A stretch of 64,000 nt of DNA from a virus. Where the stretch lies: positions 64,001 through 128,000 of the IMG/VR virus record IMGVR_UViG_3300022602_000029; one strand, 5' to 3'. Numbering within the stretch: the stretch's first letter is position 1; each line of letters begins with the position of its first letter. Of this stretch, positions 63,827-64,000 are shown one piece after another. Made by a program: the position numbers and the translations under genes. Under the pieces are notes generated by a model that had not been told where the DNA came from, ran no database searches, and worked only from the letters and a program-made list of their open reading frames with translations.

Positions 63827-64000
63827 ATGGTAATTGACTTAAACGTAACAAGTACATGCAATCTAGCGTGTACTTATTGCTCTGAGGGATACGAGTGCGG
63901 CCTATCAACTGCCTATGAAGAAAACACAGAAGTAACGCTGGATGATATAGAGCAATTTATGGCTAAGATAGATGATCCTAAACGAGACATATATTTCTGG
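63827..64000 (+). CDS. Radical SAM enzyme, 3' partial
   Basis: Translated by hand: MVIDLNVTSTCNLACTYCSEG (CxxxCxxC); AAGGA RBS and TATAAATA upstream. Confidence 0.8.
   Translation, partial: MVIDLNVTSTCNLACTYCSEGYECGLSTAYEENTEVTLDDIEQFMAKIDDPKRDIYFW

Noticed and set aside
1-64000. Stop-codon reassignment (TAG or TGA)
   Set aside because: Core genes are full length in the standard code, and TAG, TGA and TAA all end genes cleanly.
1-64000. tRNA, tmRNA or rRNA genes; DGR, retron or integrase
   Set aside because: No cloverleaf/T-loop signature, reverse transcriptase or recombinase motif was recognised by eye. A tRNAscan/ARAGORN run is still advisable.

Overview
64 kb fragment of a large T4-like (myovirus) phage genome in the standard genetic code. 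From left to right: (1) the end of a tail fibre and a sugar/sulfate/carbamoyl tailoring operon (1-7.6 kb); (2) neck, tail and packaging genes (gp15, gp14, gp13, gp18, gp19, gp4, TerS, TerL; 8.4-25.4 kb); (3) a replication/recombination module (gp32, UvsX, UvsY, UvsW, an HNH-NUMOD3 homing endonuclease, a 192-aa DnaE-like protein, primase, helicase; 26-39 kb); (4) a ~10 kb minus-strand array of small genes, most with their own near-consensus sigma70 promoter/hairpin/RBS cassette (41.9-51.8 kb); (5) a ~1 kb non-coding strand-switch holding a candidate structured RNA and five DnaA boxes at exact 11-bp period (51.5-52.5 kb); (6) accessory genes (candidate virion-packaged proteins, Dam-like methylase, SleB hydrolase, Ugd, oxygenases, radical SAM; 52.5-64 kb). 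The best leads are the DnaA-box array, the promoter-cassette array and its flanking structured segments, the candidate ncRNA, widespread leaderless late genes, a family of proteins with capsid-targeting-like N-termini, and a FeoA-like gene with a CTG start that the ORF track missed. All product calls come from motifs recognised by eye; no database search was run.
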